Shown in pieces: positions 50,573 through 61,224 of a stretch of DNA of 64,000 nucleotides. Positions within the stretch are counted from its first letter, which is position 1. Each line of letters begins with the position of its first letter. The notes under the pieces are model-generated. The model searched no databases. It saw only the letters and a list, made by a program, of their open reading frames with translations, and was not told the origin of the DNA. This stretch comes from Candidatus Eiseniibacteriota bacterium (GTDB lineage Bacteria > Eisenbacteria > RBG-16-71-46): the NCBI GenBank assembly GCA_044223005.1, contig JBGAML010000008.1, forward strand, positions 15,956 through 79,955. Reading direction: 5' to 3'. Made by a program: the position numbers and the translations under genes.

Positions 50573-53500
50573 ATGCCCTCGCCGGCCCACTCTCGATGCC
50601 GCGGCTACGGCCGCTGGCCCTTCATTGCCCGTGCACTGATGATCTGCGCCTGCTTCGGCCTCGCGCCGAACCCGGCCACCGCGTTCACGCTCCCGCCTTA
50701 CCTGCTCCAGTGGGGATCGACGGGAAGCGCCACCGGGCAGTTCAGCAACTGCATCGACCTCGCGATCGCCACGAACGGCAACGTCTACGTCGCCGACCGC
50801 GGCAACGATCGCATCCAGGTGTTCGATCCGGGCGGTGCGTTCGTGATGCAGTGGGGCGGCCCCGGCAACGGACCGGGACAGTTCTCCGGGCTGTCGTCGA
50901 TCTCGATCGGACCGAACGGCGACGTCTACACGGTCGAGAGCGTCAACAACCGCGTGCAGGTGTTCACGGCGAGCGGCCAGTTCCTGCGGACGTGGGGATC
51001 GTTCGGACACCTCTCCGGCCAGTTCGACACGCCGCAGGGCATCTGTGTCAGCGCGGCGGGCGAGGTCTACGTCGGCGACACCAACAACCAGGTCATCCAG
51101 GTGTTCTCGAGTACCGGGACCTACCGGCGCGGCTGGTTCAGTACCGTGGGCTTCAGCTACCCCAAGAAGGTGGCGGTCAGCACGGCGGGCGTCGTGTACG
51201 TCGCGGATGCCGAACACGACGCCATCCAGCGCTTCACGGTGAACGGCACCTACCTCGGCAAGTGGGGCACCTACGGCACGGGCCCGGGCCAGCTGCGGCG
51301 GCCGGACTACATCGCCGTGGACGCCTCGGGCAACGTCTACGCGAGCGAACTCGGCGGCGCTCGCGTCTCGGTGTTCGACAGTGTCGGCACGTACCTCGGC
51401 GCGTGGGGCAGCGCGGGCTCGGGCGCGGGCCAGATGACGGGACCCGCGGGACTCGCGGTCGACGCGGCGTCGCACGTCTGGCTGTGCGATTCGGGCAACG
51501 ACCGCATCCAGCAGTTCGGCTCGCTCGTCTACCGCGCCGACGCGGCGTTCGCGGCCGTGCGGGCGCCGAATCTCGCGTGGGGTGACTACGACGCCGACGG
51601 GCGGCTCGACCTGCTGGTCATGGGAATCGACTCGACCAACACGGGCGTGACGGAGCTCTACCGCAATCTCGGCGGCGGCGCGTTCGCGCTCGCGCCGGTC
51701 ACGCTGCCGCAGGTGGGAGTGGGCAGCGCGCTCTGGGCGGACTTCGACGGCGACGGCCGGCTCGACTTGCTCCTCATGGGCACGATCGGGATCTACGGCA
51801 GTGGCACGCCGTCCGCCGTCGTGGAACACAACAACGGGGACGGCACGTTCACGGCGATCCCGGCCGGATTGCCGGCCATGGTCGCCAGCGACGTCGCGTG
51901 CGCCGACTTCGACAACGACGGCCGGTTGGATCTCGCGATCATCGGCCCGAGCGATGCGGGGGCGATCGGGCGTTCGTACCTGAACAACGGTGACGGAACA
52001 TTCCGCCTCGCGAGCAACCTTCCGGTCACGCCGGCCAGTGGAGCGATCGTCACGGGCAACCTCAACCAGGACGGATTTCCCGACCTGCTGGTGGCCAACG
52101 ACACCGTCAACAATCCGTCGACGCGCGTACTGGCCAACCAGGGCGCCGGAACTTTCGCGGCGGAATCGAGCATGCCGGTCTACTACGGCCCCGCGCTTGC
52201 GCTCGGCGACGTGGACAGTGACGGGTGGCTCGACTTCCTGATCACCGGGATCCAGCAGAGCAACATCACCTCGGCGCTCTACCGCAACACGCAGGGCGGC
52301 TCCTTCCAGAAGGAGAGCACCGTACTGCCCTCGACCATCACGGGGGGCATGGCGCTGGCGGACTACGACGCCGACGGGAGGCTGGACCTGCTGCTGACCG
52401 GTCTGCGGACCGACTCGTCCGTCGTGCAGGTGGTGCGCAACCAGGGCAGCGAGGTCTTCGCGGACGCCGGCGCCGGGCTGCCCGGGCTCACCCACAGCGC
52501 CGTCGCGTGGGCCGACGTGCTGGGCGATGGCAGTCTCGGGTTCGTGACGGCGGGCCAGCGCTCGAACGGAGCGCTGGCGACCGACCTCCGGCTGATGCAC
52601 GGCCAGCGGGTGAACGCGCCGCCGGCCGCGCCGGTCGGCCTGCGTTTCGAGCTCTGGTATCCGTACCTCTACTTCCGCTGGTCCGCGCCCGTCGACGATC
52701 ACACCGATCCCGTCACGCTGACGTACGACATTCGCGTGGGCACCACGAGCGGTGGCTCCGATCTCGCCGCGGCACCCGCGGATCCGCAGACGGGCCGTCG
52801 CCGCGTCGCTCGCATGGGGGCGTGCGTCGACACGTACGGCGTGTTCCGGTTCGACGCGCTGCACAACGACGTGCACTGGAGCGTGCAGGCGATCGACGGC
52901 GGACTGCTGGGCGGCGCGTTCAGCGCCGACCAGGTGACGACGCTGGCGCCCACGATCACGTCGCTCGTCGACGTGCCGGGCGATGCGGGCGGCTGGATGC
53001 GGCTCGCCTTCACGCGTTCGGCGCTCGACACGGTCGGGTCCATGGTCCCGGTGGCGAGCTATGGCGTCTGGCGGCTCGTGCCGGCCGCGGCGTCTTCCGG
53101 CGCGGCCCGGGCGACCCTCGCGGCCGCGGAGGCCGCGCCGATCCTGGCGAGCGGCTTTGCACGCCGAGATGGGGCAGGCCGGTTCGTGGTCACGGGCCGC
53201 TCCGCCGACGTGAGCGGACGGCGCACGGCGCCCTCCGACGCGTTCCCGCCCGGCACGTGGGAGCTGGTCGCCACCGTCCCGGCGCTGCAGCGCGCCTCGT
53301 ACGTGGTGGCGGTGCCGACCACGTCCGACGCCACGCCGAACCGCTTCCTCGTGACGACCAGCAGCACTTCGCCCGAGTTCTGGTTCGCGGGCCTGCCCGC
53401 GACGGGCGAGTCGGTGAACGACAAGGCGCCGCCGATCCCGACCGGATTCGTGGCCACGTACTCGTCGAACACGGCGCACCTGTCGTGGAACGCCGTCGCC

Positions 53501-53992
53501 GCACCCAACTTCGCCTACTACGCGCTCTACCGCGACACCGTCGCGTCGTTCACGCCGGGCCCATCGAACTTCGTCGCTTCGACGACCGGTACGAGCCGTG
53601 ACGACTCCGGCGTCCCGCCGGGGCGGTACTACAAGCTCGCCGCCTGCGACGGATCCGGGAACGCGCGCGGCTGGGTCACGGCGCAGGCCGGCACGCCGGT
53701 CTCGGTCGAGACCGCGGCGCCGGTCCGGCTGGGCATCGAGGGCGCGCGGCCGAATCCCGTGGTGGGGCGCGGCGTGCGCGTGAGCTTCGCGCTTCCCGAT
53801 GCGGCCCCGGCGACGCTGGCGCTGCTCGACGTCGCAGGCCGCGTGGTCGTCTCGCGCGAGGTCGGCACACTGGGGCGCGGTCGGTTCGTACTCGACCTCG
53901 CTGCCGCGCACGCTTTGGCGCCCGGGCTCTACTTCGCGCGCCTGACGCAGCGCGGCGAGGTGCGCACGGCCCGGATCACCGTGCTGGAGTAA
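50573..53992 (+). CDS. Secreted NHL-repeat + FG-GAP/VCBS-repeat protein with Fn3-like and C-terminal sorting-like domains
   Basis: About 6 NHL repeats (WG..G.G.GQF..P..YVAD..N.RIQ.F), DxDxDGxxD repeats, RPNP..LLDVAGR..PGLYFARL; start uncertain. Confidence 0.85.
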   Translation: MPSPAHSRCRGYGRWPFIARALMICACFGLAPNPATAFTLPPYLLQWGSTGSATGQFSNCIDLAIATNGNVYVADRGNDRIQVFDPGGAFVMQWGGPGNGPGQFSGLSSISIGPNGDVYTVESVNNRVQVFTASGQFLRTWGSFGHLSGQFDTPQGICVSAAGEVYVGDTNNQVIQVFSSTGTYRRGWFSTVGFSYPKKVAVSTAGVVYVADAEHDAIQRFTVNGTYLGKWGTYGTGPGQLRRPDYIAVDASGNVYASELGGARVSVFDSVGTYLGAWGSAGSGAGQMTGPAGLAVDAASHVWLCDSGNDRIQQFGSLVYRADAAFAAVRAPNLAWGDYDADGRLDLLVMGIDSTNTGVTELYRNLGGGAFALAPVTLPQVGVGSALWADFDGDGRLDLLLMGTIGIYGSGTPSAVVEHNNGDGTFTAIPAGLPAMVASDVACADFDNDGRLDLAIIGPSDAGAIGRSYLNNGDGTFRLASNLPVTPASGAIVTGNLNQDGFPDLLVANDTVNNPSTRVLANQGAGTFAAESSMPVYYGPALALGDVDSDGWLDFLITGIQQSNITSALYRNTQGGSFQKESTVLPSTITGGMALADYDADGRLDLLLTGLRTDSSVVQVVRNQGSEVFADAGAGLPGLTHSAVAWADVLGDGSLGFVTAGQRSNGALATDLRLMHGQRVNAPPAAPVGLRFELWYPYLYFRWSAPVDDHTDPVTLTYDIRVGTTSGGSDLAAAPADPQTGRRRVARMGACVDTYGVFRFDALHNDVHWSVQAIDGGLLGGAFSADQVTTLAPTITSLVDVPGDAGGWMRLAFTRSALDTVGSMVPVASYGVWRLVPAAASSGAARATLAAAEAAPILASGFARRDGAGRFVVTGRSADVSGRRTAPSDAFPPGTWELVATVPALQRASYVVAVPTTSDATPNRFLVTTSSTSPEFWFAGLPATGESVNDKAPPIPTGFVATYSSNTAHLSWNAVAAPNFAYYALYRDTVASFTPGPSNFVASTTGTSRDDSGVPPGRYYKLAACDGSGNARGWVTAQAGTPVSVETAAPVRLGIEGARPNPVVGRGVRVSFALPDAAPATLALLDVAGRVVVSREVGTLGRGRFVLDLAAAHALAPGLYFARLTQRGEVRTARITVLE

Positions 53993-54061
53993 CCGGGAAA
54001 GTGTTCGGCGCGCCCGCTGCGGAGGGCGCGCCGATTCACTCCCGTCGATCGCGGCGCGGCG

Positions 54062-56647
54062 TCACTCCACCCGCGCCACTCGCTTCGTGAGCACCACGCC
54101 TTCCGTCTCGAGCCGGGAGAAGTAGAGGCCGGCGGGAACGCGCCGCCCGAGCTGGTCTTCGCCCGTCCACACGACCTCTGCGCGACCGGCAGCGAGCCGG
54201 TGGCCGGCGAGTGGGACGGCCACCACGCGGCCGGAGACGTCGTAGATGCGCAGGGTCGCGATCGCCGCGTGCGGCAGCTCGAACACGATCCGCGTGCTGC
54301 CGTGGAACGGATTGGGCTGCGCGCCGTGCAGCACGGTGGAGGCCGCGATCGGCGACGCACCGACACCGCTCACACCCGGAATCCACTTCAGCACGCCCGC
54401 AGCGCGCGGCGCCGCCACCACCGTCCGGCCGTCGGAGAAGTGGATCGTGCGTGCCGTCGCGTCGGGGTTGTACCAGGTGTAGCTCGTCGTGTCGTGGCGT
54501 GCGAACACGGCGAAGTGCGGCACGTCGGCGGTCACGGCCGGAGCGAGTTGCCCCAGCGCCGAGAGCGCATGCAGCCAGTGATAGGTGTGTGCCTTCGATT
54601 CGCCGTCCTCGGGGCTGTACCCGGTGTCGGCGGCGAAGCTCGCCGCCGCGGTCAGCGGATCGGCCAGCGCCCGGTACTCCCACAGGATGTCGCGCCAGTC
54701 GTTGGGCGCGCCGCCGTTCTCGCTCACCACCTCGTTGTAGTTGGCCTGCACGTAGGCGGGATGCCGTCCCAGGTAGAGCGACGCGGGCGTGATCGGCAGC
54801 ATGTTGATGCCGTGGATCATCTCGGGCTGGGCCGAGAACCACGTTTCGTGCACGGCCTTCGTGCCCCACACCATGCCCACGCAGGTGTGCGGGTAGCTGG
54901 CCGGGAACACGATGTTGTCCACGTCGAACCAGTACTGCTCGATGCCGGCCAGCTCGGTGGTATAGAGCCAGACGCCGAGATCGCGGATCGTCGTGTCGCC
55001 GGTGATGGAGCCCCACAGCGCGGTGGCGGCGGCGAACTGCATCGCCTCGGACGAGGACTCCTGGTTGTTGCCGTCGCCGAAGTTGGCGTGCCCCGATGCC
55101 CACGAGTGCCCCGCGTAGGGATCGAAGCAGCGCAGGAAGGGGAACATCGGGTCGCTGCGATCCCACGAATCGGCATCGCGGATCAGCAGGTCGATCATGC
55201 CGCCCCACTTGCCGGTCGAAGCCCAGTCGGGGTCGTACATCGCGACCACCGAAGCGGCCATGACGAAGTAGCCCCAGTGGAAATGGTGGTCGTTCAGCTC
55301 GCTGTCGGTGCCGAACGAGGCCGGGTAGCCGTACGTCGTTCCCCAGGTGCCGTTGTAGTAGAAGACGCCGTCGGTCTCGCCCGGCTCGGCCGTCAACCAG
55401 TCCTCGAGCTTCTGCTTCAGGCCCGTCAGCAGGTAGTCGCGCACGTCGGTGCGGCCGAGTTGGTCGGCGACCCGGATCGCCGACGACACGACGCCGAGAT
55501 CCTTGCCCCCGTAGTAGGTGTCCGGACGGTAGAAGAGCTGCGCGTACGACTGCGTGAGGAACCCGTCGAGGTAGCCGTTGAGCCGCGCCGCGTCGTAGCC
55601 GGGACTGTCCGCCAGCGGCGCCGGCAGCAGCGGCAGGATGCCGGGGAAGGACATCGTCGTGCGGAAGCTGTCGACCGCCGCGAGCTTCATCTCACCCTCG
55701 AGTGTGGTGAACGAGAGTCCCGCGAGAGGCGCATTCGAATTCAGGTACTGGTGACGGTAAAGCCCCATGAGCGGGGTGGTCGGTGCGCCCTCCATCACCG
55801 TGGTCCGGGCGACGTAGTCGGTCGTCACCGTGGCGGACGGCTCGTCGTAGTTCCACGCGACGCGCGTGTCGGTGACGAACGCGAACGCGTGCTGGCGGAA
55901 GACGTCGAGCGTCGCGGTCGTGCCGTTGGGCAGGCACGCGACCGAGACGTAGTTCTTTCCGTTCAGGTCGGACTGGAACGTGTTCCCGGTCGTGCTCCAG
56001 GTCGAGCCCGAGGGCGCGAACACGCCGTAGTTCTTGTTGTTGACCTTGATGCCGAGCGTGCCGTTCGCGTTGTACCAGACGGTCGGGAGCCCGGTGGCGA
56101 AGTACAGCTGCAGCGTGCCGCCGCTCTTCGTGAAGTAGACGTAGGGCAGGCCGTGCCCGAACGTCGCTTCGAGACGCCGCGTGCCGTCGTCCAAGCGCGC
56201 GGTCACCGTCCAGTCGCCGTAGCCCGCTACCTTGATGGTCGGCGCGGAGAGACTGGCGAGCTTGACCAGCAGGTCCTCCTGGTAGCCGAACGCGTAGTAG
56301 TTGGGCCCCGTGGGCACGATCGCGCCCGTGCCCACGCCCAACCCGCTCGCGGCGGCCTTCAGGTTCAGCGGCTGGACCGCGAGCACGTCGCCATAGTTGC
56401 CCGACGTGCGCGGGAAGATGAGCGAGGACCACCAGTCGGTCGAGGGCTTCGGGCCGGTGAGCTCGGCGGTCACCCGCGGCGCGGCCGGGTTGGTGCCGCC
56501 GGCGGGCAGTGCGGTGGTGTAGCTGCCGAGGCCGACCGGGACGATCTGGGCGGACGCGAGCGCGGTGGAGAGCAGCATGGCCGCGATCGATCCGGGAACG
56601 ATCAGGCGATGCGGGCGGAGCCGGGCGAGGAGTGAGCGCATGCGCAT
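54062..56647 (-). CDS. Secreted GH81 endo-beta-1,3-glucanase with C-terminal sorting-like domain
   Basis: TDWWSSL, NDHHFHWGY, FD.YAGHSWASG, NNQESSSEA, GINMLP; QPNPF..IYDVSGR..AGLYFSRL. Confidence 0.92.
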   Translation of the reverse strand: MRMRSLLARLRPHRLIVPGSIAAMLLSTALASAQIVPVGLGSYTTALPAGGTNPAAPRVTAELTGPKPSTDWWSSLIFPRTSGNYGDVLAVQPLNLKAAASGLGVGTGAIVPTGPNYYAFGYQEDLLVKLASLSAPTIKVAGYGDWTVTARLDDGTRRLEATFGHGLPYVYFTKSGGTLQLYFATGLPTVWYNANGTLGIKVNNKNYGVFAPSGSTWSTTGNTFQSDLNGKNYVSVACLPNGTTATLDVFRQHAFAFVTDTRVAWNYDEPSATVTTDYVARTTVMEGAPTTPLMGLYRHQYLNSNAPLAGLSFTTLEGEMKLAAVDSFRTTMSFPGILPLLPAPLADSPGYDAARLNGYLDGFLTQSYAQLFYRPDTYYGGKDLGVVSSAIRVADQLGRTDVRDYLLTGLKQKLEDWLTAEPGETDGVFYYNGTWGTTYGYPASFGTDSELNDHHFHWGYFVMAASVVAMYDPDWASTGKWGGMIDLLIRDADSWDRSDPMFPFLRCFDPYAGHSWASGHANFGDGNNQESSSEAMQFAAATALWGSITGDTTIRDLGVWLYTTELAGIEQYWFDVDNIVFPASYPHTCVGMVWGTKAVHETWFSAQPEMIHGINMLPITPASLYLGRHPAYVQANYNEVVSENGGAPNDWRDILWEYRALADPLTAAASFAADTGYSPEDGESKAHTYHWLHALSALGQLAPAVTADVPHFAVFARHDTTSYTWYNPDATARTIHFSDGRTVVAAPRAAGVLKWIPGVSGVGASPIAASTVLHGAQPNPFHGSTRIVFELPHAAIATLRIYDVSGRVVAVPLAGHRLAAGRAEVVWTGEDQLGRRVPAGLYFSRLETEGVVLTKRVARVE

Positions 56648-56724
56648 GACGTGCCTTTCGGGGGATGCACCCGGGGCCGGAGGTCGCCGCGGCGGGAATG
56701 CGCGCGATCGGGTCGGACGCCCAG

Positions 56725-56746
56725 TTTGTTCGGTTTCCGAACATAG
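56725..56746. promoter_or_regulatory. Palindromic operator candidate upstream of GH81
   Basis: TTTGTTCGGTTTCCGAACATAG. Confidence 0.6.
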
Positions 56747-56800
56747 TAAGGGTAGGACGCCGCACCGCTGCGTTCAAGCGCGGATGCGCGTGCGGCGGTC

Positions 56801-59800
56801 CTAGCCTTTCGCGGGCGCGGGCGGCGCGTCGCCGCGTCGCCATTCGCTCGGAGTCGCGCCGAAGCGCTCGCGGAACCGGCGCGTGAAGTGCGACACGCTG
56901 CGGAAGCCGACCGCGTAGGCGACCTCGCCGACGTTGCCCTCGCCGGCGCGCAGCAACTGCGCGGCGCGCTCGAGGCGGTGGTTCACGAGCAGCGCCATCG
57001 GCGTCTCCTGCATCAGCTCGCCCGTGCGTTGGAAGAGCAGGGTGCGGCCCATGCCCATGGCCTCGGCGAGCTGCTCGACGCCGAACTCCTCCTCGCCCAT
57101 GCGCGACTCGATCACTTCGCGCAGGCGACGCACGAACGCGCTGTCGACGGCCGCGCGGCCGGCCGCGGGCGACGGGCCGCGCACGACGGGCTCGCTCGCG
57201 GGTGCGGCGCCGTACACCGCGGCCTCGGCGGCGGCGCGCGCGACGCGGTCGCGCAGGCGGCGGCGCGATTCGAGCGCGCGCGCGACGCGGGCGCGCAGCT
57301 CGCGCATCGCGAACGGCTTCGTGAGGTAGTCGTCGGCGCCACCCTCCAGTCCGGCAATGCGGCTCGCGTCGGACGCGGCGGCGGTCAGCAGCAGCACGGG
57401 CACGAAGTCGAGCTCGGGGTCGGCGCGCATCGCCGCGACCAGGCCGAAGCCGTCCAGCTCGGGCATGCCGACGTCGCTCACGACCAGGTCGGGCGCCTCG
57501 GTCTTCATCGCCTCGAGCGCCTGCCGTCCGTCCGCGGCTTCAGCGACGCGGTATTCCTGCGCGAGGTGCCGCGCGACGTAACCGCGCACCTGCGCGTGAT
57601 CGTCGACGACGAGCACGAGCGGCGCGTCGGTGTCGTGCGCGGGCGTGCCGGACGCCGGCGCGGCGGGCTCAGAGCCGGGCTCGAGGCGGATCTCGTCCGC
57701 GAGCGCGAGCAGCGCGTCGGCGTCGATCGCCGGCGTGGGCGCCGCGGGCGCGGCAGCCGGTGCGCCCGCGGCCAGCAGCGGCAGCCGCACCACGAACGTG
57801 CTGCCGTGCCCTTCGCGCGACTCGGCGCGGATCGTGCCGCCGTGCTGATCGACCAGGTCCCAGGCGAGCGCGAGGCCGAGCCCGGTGCCCGGCTGCACGC
57901 GCGTCGCCGAACGCTCCGCGCGGTAGAAGCGCTTGAAGACGTGCGGCAGGTCCTCGGCCGCGATGCCTGGGCCGTCGTCGAGCACCGTGATCTCGGCACA
58001 CTCGCCGTTCGCGTCGCGCACGCGCGCGAGCTTCAGCTCGACGCGCCCCTCCGCGGGCGTGAACTTGAACGCGTTGCCGAGCAGGTTGGCGAACACCTTT
58101 TCGAGCGCCGTCGGATCGAACGCGGCGCCCAGCGGGCCCTCGGGGAACCGGCGCTCGAAGCGGATGCGTTTGCGCTCGGCGAGCGGCGCGAGGGCGTCGG
58201 CGAGCCGCGCGAGGAAGCCCGTGAGATCGCCGGCCGCGGGCGCGACGTGCAGCTCGCCCGCCTCGGCACGCGCCGCGTCGAGCAGCTGGTCGACGAGCCG
58301 GTGCAGCCGGGCGGCGTTGTCGAGCGCGATGTCGACCTGCGCCTCGGCATCCGCACGCAGCGCTCCGTGCTGGCCCGCGCGCACGTCGTGCAGAGGCCCG
58401 TGGATCAGGGTGAGCGGCGTGCGGAACTCGTGGCTGATGTTGGCGAAGAAGTGCGATCGCGCGCGGTCGAGCGCGGCCAGCCGCTGCGCCTGCGCCTCGA
58501 CGGTGGCGAGCGCGTCCTCGGTGCGGCGCTGCTCGCGCGTGAGCTCGGCGGTGCGGGTGTCGACGGCCTGCTGGAGCTCGGCCGAACGTGCGCGCAGCCG
58601 CCGCTCGCGTTCGCGCTGGAGCGCGAGCGCGCCGAGCACCAGCGCCACGAGCGCGGCGAACGCGAACGCCGACGTCTGCCACCAGTGCGGACGCACGTCG
58701 ATCGTGACCGCCTCGTCCTTCGCGCTCGCGACCCCGCTGCCGCTCGTCGCGCGCAGGCGGAACGTGCGCCGCCCGGGTGGCAGGTTCGTCCACGTCGCGG
58801 CGCGGTCGCCGCCCGCGTCGACCCAGTCGCGATCGACGCCGTCCAGCCGGTAGGTGAAGCGCAGCTGCTCTGCGGCGCGCGGCTCGAACGCGGTGTAACG
58901 CACCTCGAGGCGCCGGGCACCGGCCGACACGATGAAGCCATGCGCTCCGGGCGTGAGCGCGCGGCCGTCAGCCAGCACGTCCTCGACGTGCGGCACGGGC
59001 GACGACCCGGCGAGCGCGCGGGCGAGCGTGGGATCGAGCACCGCGAGCCCGTCGAACGTCGGGAAGCAGAGCCGGCCGTCTCGCGTGCGCAGGCCGCCGA
59101 GGCCGCTGCCTTCGGGGTTGCGCAGGCCCGCCTCGCGCCCGAAGCCCACCACGTCGACGCGCGCGCGCTGGCCGTCGAGACACGCGTCGGCCTGGTGGCG
59201 CGAGAGGCGCTGGATGCCGTGGTTGCCCGCGAGCCACAGGTGGTCGTCGTCGTCCGCGAGGACGACCGAGACGACGTCCTCGAGCAAGCCGTGCCGGCGA
59301 TCGAGCGTCGCGAAGCGGCCGCCGCGCAGTCGCACGAGGCCGCCGCCATAGGTGCCGAGCCACAGCGTGCCGTCGGCGTCCTCGTGGATCTGCCGGACGT
59401 GATCGACCGGCAGGCCGTCGCGCCGCGTGAAGCACGTGGTGTCGTGCGGCGCGAGGCGCCACAGGCCGACCATGGTCGCGACCCACAGCCGCCCGTCGCG
59501 GTCCACGTGCAGGTCGCGGATCTCGTTGCTCGGACGCAGCAGCACCGTCACGCGCGGCGCGCCGCCGGCGGTGTCGAGCCGAACGACCTGGTCCCGCCAC
59601 GCGGCGTACACCGTGCCCGGCTGCTTCGGATCGAAGGCGACGTTGCGCGTGACGAACTCGCGCATCGCGTAGCGCGTGATGCTCCCGTCGCGCGCGCGAA
59701 TCTCGACCGCGTCGTCGGTGAATCGCAGCGGCGTCTCGGGCGTGCCCTCCCAGCCGCCGTCCGTCGCGGTGCCGAACGGTCCGAGCGACGTGGGCAGCAG

Positions 59801-60898
59801 CGCCTCGTCGCCGGCGCGCCACGCGCGTACGTTCTGGTCGACCACGATCACCGAGCCATCGAGCCGCTCGCGCGCGAACAGCACGCCGAGCGGTTCGTCG
59901 TGGCCCTCGGGGCGCAGCAGTCGCAGCGGGCTGGGGGCGATGCGCAGCAGCCCCTGCGTCTGCGTGCCCACCCAGAGGTCGCCGTCCGCATCGCGGCTTG
60001 CGAGGAACGCCTGTTCGCGCAGGCCCAGCCGGTAGGTGGAGAGCAGGCGGCCGTCGCGCGTGTCGTGCACGACGACGTCGTGCGCGGTCGTCGACCACAG
60101 CCGGCCCTCGGCGTCGATGCACTGCGGCCACGCGTCGCCCGCGCCGCGCAGCAGCACGACGCGGCGCAGCGAATCGTCGAGCAGCTCGGCGTCGCCTCCG
60201 GGTCCCGCGCCGCGGAAGAAGAACGCGCGCCGGTCGCGCGGGTCGAGCAGCCAGCGCCCCATGCCGCGGGTGGCGGGTCCCAGCACGCGCACGTGGTCGC
60301 CCTCGAGGGTGGCGGGGGCGCCCGCGGTCGCGACGAGCCACGTGCGGCCGCCCGCATCGCGCACGAGCGTCGAGCGGGGATCGGTCGCCTCGGACAGCAC
60401 CCGGGCGCGCCCGTCGCGGAAGCTCCACGCCTGCCCCGTGCTTACGCCGACGATGCTGCCGTCGGCCTCCTCGAGCATCGCGGCGCGGCCGAGCCGCAGG
60501 TGGGTCGCGACACTGGTGAAGCGCGCGCCGTCCCAGTGGCAGAGCCAGCCGTCGTCGGTCGTGGCCCACAGCGTGCCGTCACGCGCGGGGAGCAGGCCCG
60601 AGAAGCGGTTGGACGGCAGGCCGTCGGCCACACCGAACACGCGAAAGCGCAGGCCGTCGAAGCGTGCGAGCCCGCCGGTCGTCGCGATCCAGAACCAGCC
60701 GTCGGGCGTGCGCGCGAAGTCGATGACCGTCGAGGTGGGCAGGCCCTCGTCGGGCGTCCACGCGCGGACGGTGAACGCGGGTTCGCCCGCGCCGGCGCAA
60801 CGCGCGAGCACGCCGGCGAACAGCAGCGCGCAAGTGAAGGCGACGAACGCCCCGCGGGCGAGCCTGCGGACGGTTCGGAATGGGGAGAGGGCGGCCAC
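56801..60898 (-). CDS. Hybrid two-component system (beta-propeller, Y_Y_Y, HisKA, HATPase, REC, AraC)
   Basis: GLP..DG..W.AT..GL repeats; FTYRLDG.D.DW; NISHEFRTPL; NAFKFT; GTGLGL; SDVGMP; EVAYAVGF..SHF. Confidence 0.95.
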   Translation of the reverse strand: MAALSPFRTVRRLARGAFVAFTCALLFAGVLARCAGAGEPAFTVRAWTPDEGLPTSTVIDFARTPDGWFWIATTGGLARFDGLRFRVFGVADGLPSNRFSGLLPARDGTLWATTDDGWLCHWDGARFTSVATHLRLGRAAMLEEADGSIVGVSTGQAWSFRDGRARVLSEATDPRSTLVRDAGGRTWLVATAGAPATLEGDHVRVLGPATRGMGRWLLDPRDRRAFFFRGAGPGGDAELLDDSLRRVVLLRGAGDAWPQCIDAEGRLWSTTAHDVVVHDTRDGRLLSTYRLGLREQAFLASRDADGDLWVGTQTQGLLRIAPSPLRLLRPEGHDEPLGVLFARERLDGSVIVVDQNVRAWRAGDEALLPTSLGPFGTATDGGWEGTPETPLRFTDDAVEIRARDGSITRYAMREFVTRNVAFDPKQPGTVYAAWRDQVVRLDTAGGAPRVTVLLRPSNEIRDLHVDRDGRLWVATMVGLWRLAPHDTTCFTRRDGLPVDHVRQIHEDADGTLWLGTYGGGLVRLRGGRFATLDRRHGLLEDVVSVVLADDDDHLWLAGNHGIQRLSRHQADACLDGQRARVDVVGFGREAGLRNPEGSGLGGLRTRDGRLCFPTFDGLAVLDPTLARALAGSSPVPHVEDVLADGRALTPGAHGFIVSAGARRLEVRYTAFEPRAAEQLRFTYRLDGVDRDWVDAGGDRAATWTNLPPGRRTFRLRATSGSGVASAKDEAVTIDVRPHWWQTSAFAFAALVALVLGALALQRERERRLRARSAELQQAVDTRTAELTREQRRTEDALATVEAQAQRLAALDRARSHFFANISHEFRTPLTLIHGPLHDVRAGQHGALRADAEAQVDIALDNAARLHRLVDQLLDAARAEAGELHVAPAAGDLTGFLARLADALAPLAERKRIRFERRFPEGPLGAAFDPTALEKVFANLLGNAFKFTPAEGRVELKLARVRDANGECAEITVLDDGPGIAAEDLPHVFKRFYRAERSATRVQPGTGLGLALAWDLVDQHGGTIRAESREGHGSTFVVRLPLLAAGAPAAAPAAPTPAIDADALLALADEIRLEPGSEPAAPASGTPAHDTDAPLVLVVDDHAQVRGYVARHLAQEYRVAEAADGRQALEAMKTEAPDLVVSDVGMPELDGFGLVAAMRADPELDFVPVLLLTAAASDASRIAGLEGGADDYLTKPFAMRELRARVARALESRRRLRDRVARAAAEAAVYGAAPASEPVVRGPSPAAGRAAVDSAFVRRLREVIESRMGEEEFGVEQLAEAMGMGRTLLFQRTGELMQETPMALLVNHRLERAAQLLRAGEGNVGEVAYAVGFRSVSHFTRRFRERFGATPSEWRRGDAPPAPAKG

Positions 60899-60936
60899 GA
60901 TGGGGCGACGCTAGCATGTTCGGCGGGGCTGCCGCC

Positions 60937-61224
60937 TCACGCGCCCGACCGCGCGATCACCGCTCCGGCGACCCGGAAGGCGTCGCGCCATTCGAGGTCG
61001 GGCAGCTGTGTGGCCACCCAGTGGGTGAACCGGCGCTGGCACTCGGTCGCCGCGGCGGGTTCGTCGACCACGACAACCAGCGTCACGCCCTCGCGGGCTT
61101 CGGCCAGCTCGAAGCGGATCACCCCCGGCTGGTCCCGGAGGAGCGTCTCGAGCTCGGACCGGCGAGCCGCCAGCCGCCCGCCCTGCCCGGCCATGCCGGG
61201 GAACAACCGGATCTCGATGTGCAT
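60937..61224 (-). CDS. Small hypothetical protein (possibly ABM-like fold)
   Basis: GGAGG SD; 95 aa; LRDQPGVIRFEL pattern. Confidence 0.5.
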   Translation of the reverse strand: MHIEIRLFPGMAGQGGRLAARRSELETLLRDQPGVIRFELAEAREGVTLVVVVDEPAAATECQRRFTHWVATQLPDLEWRDAFRVAGAVIARSGA

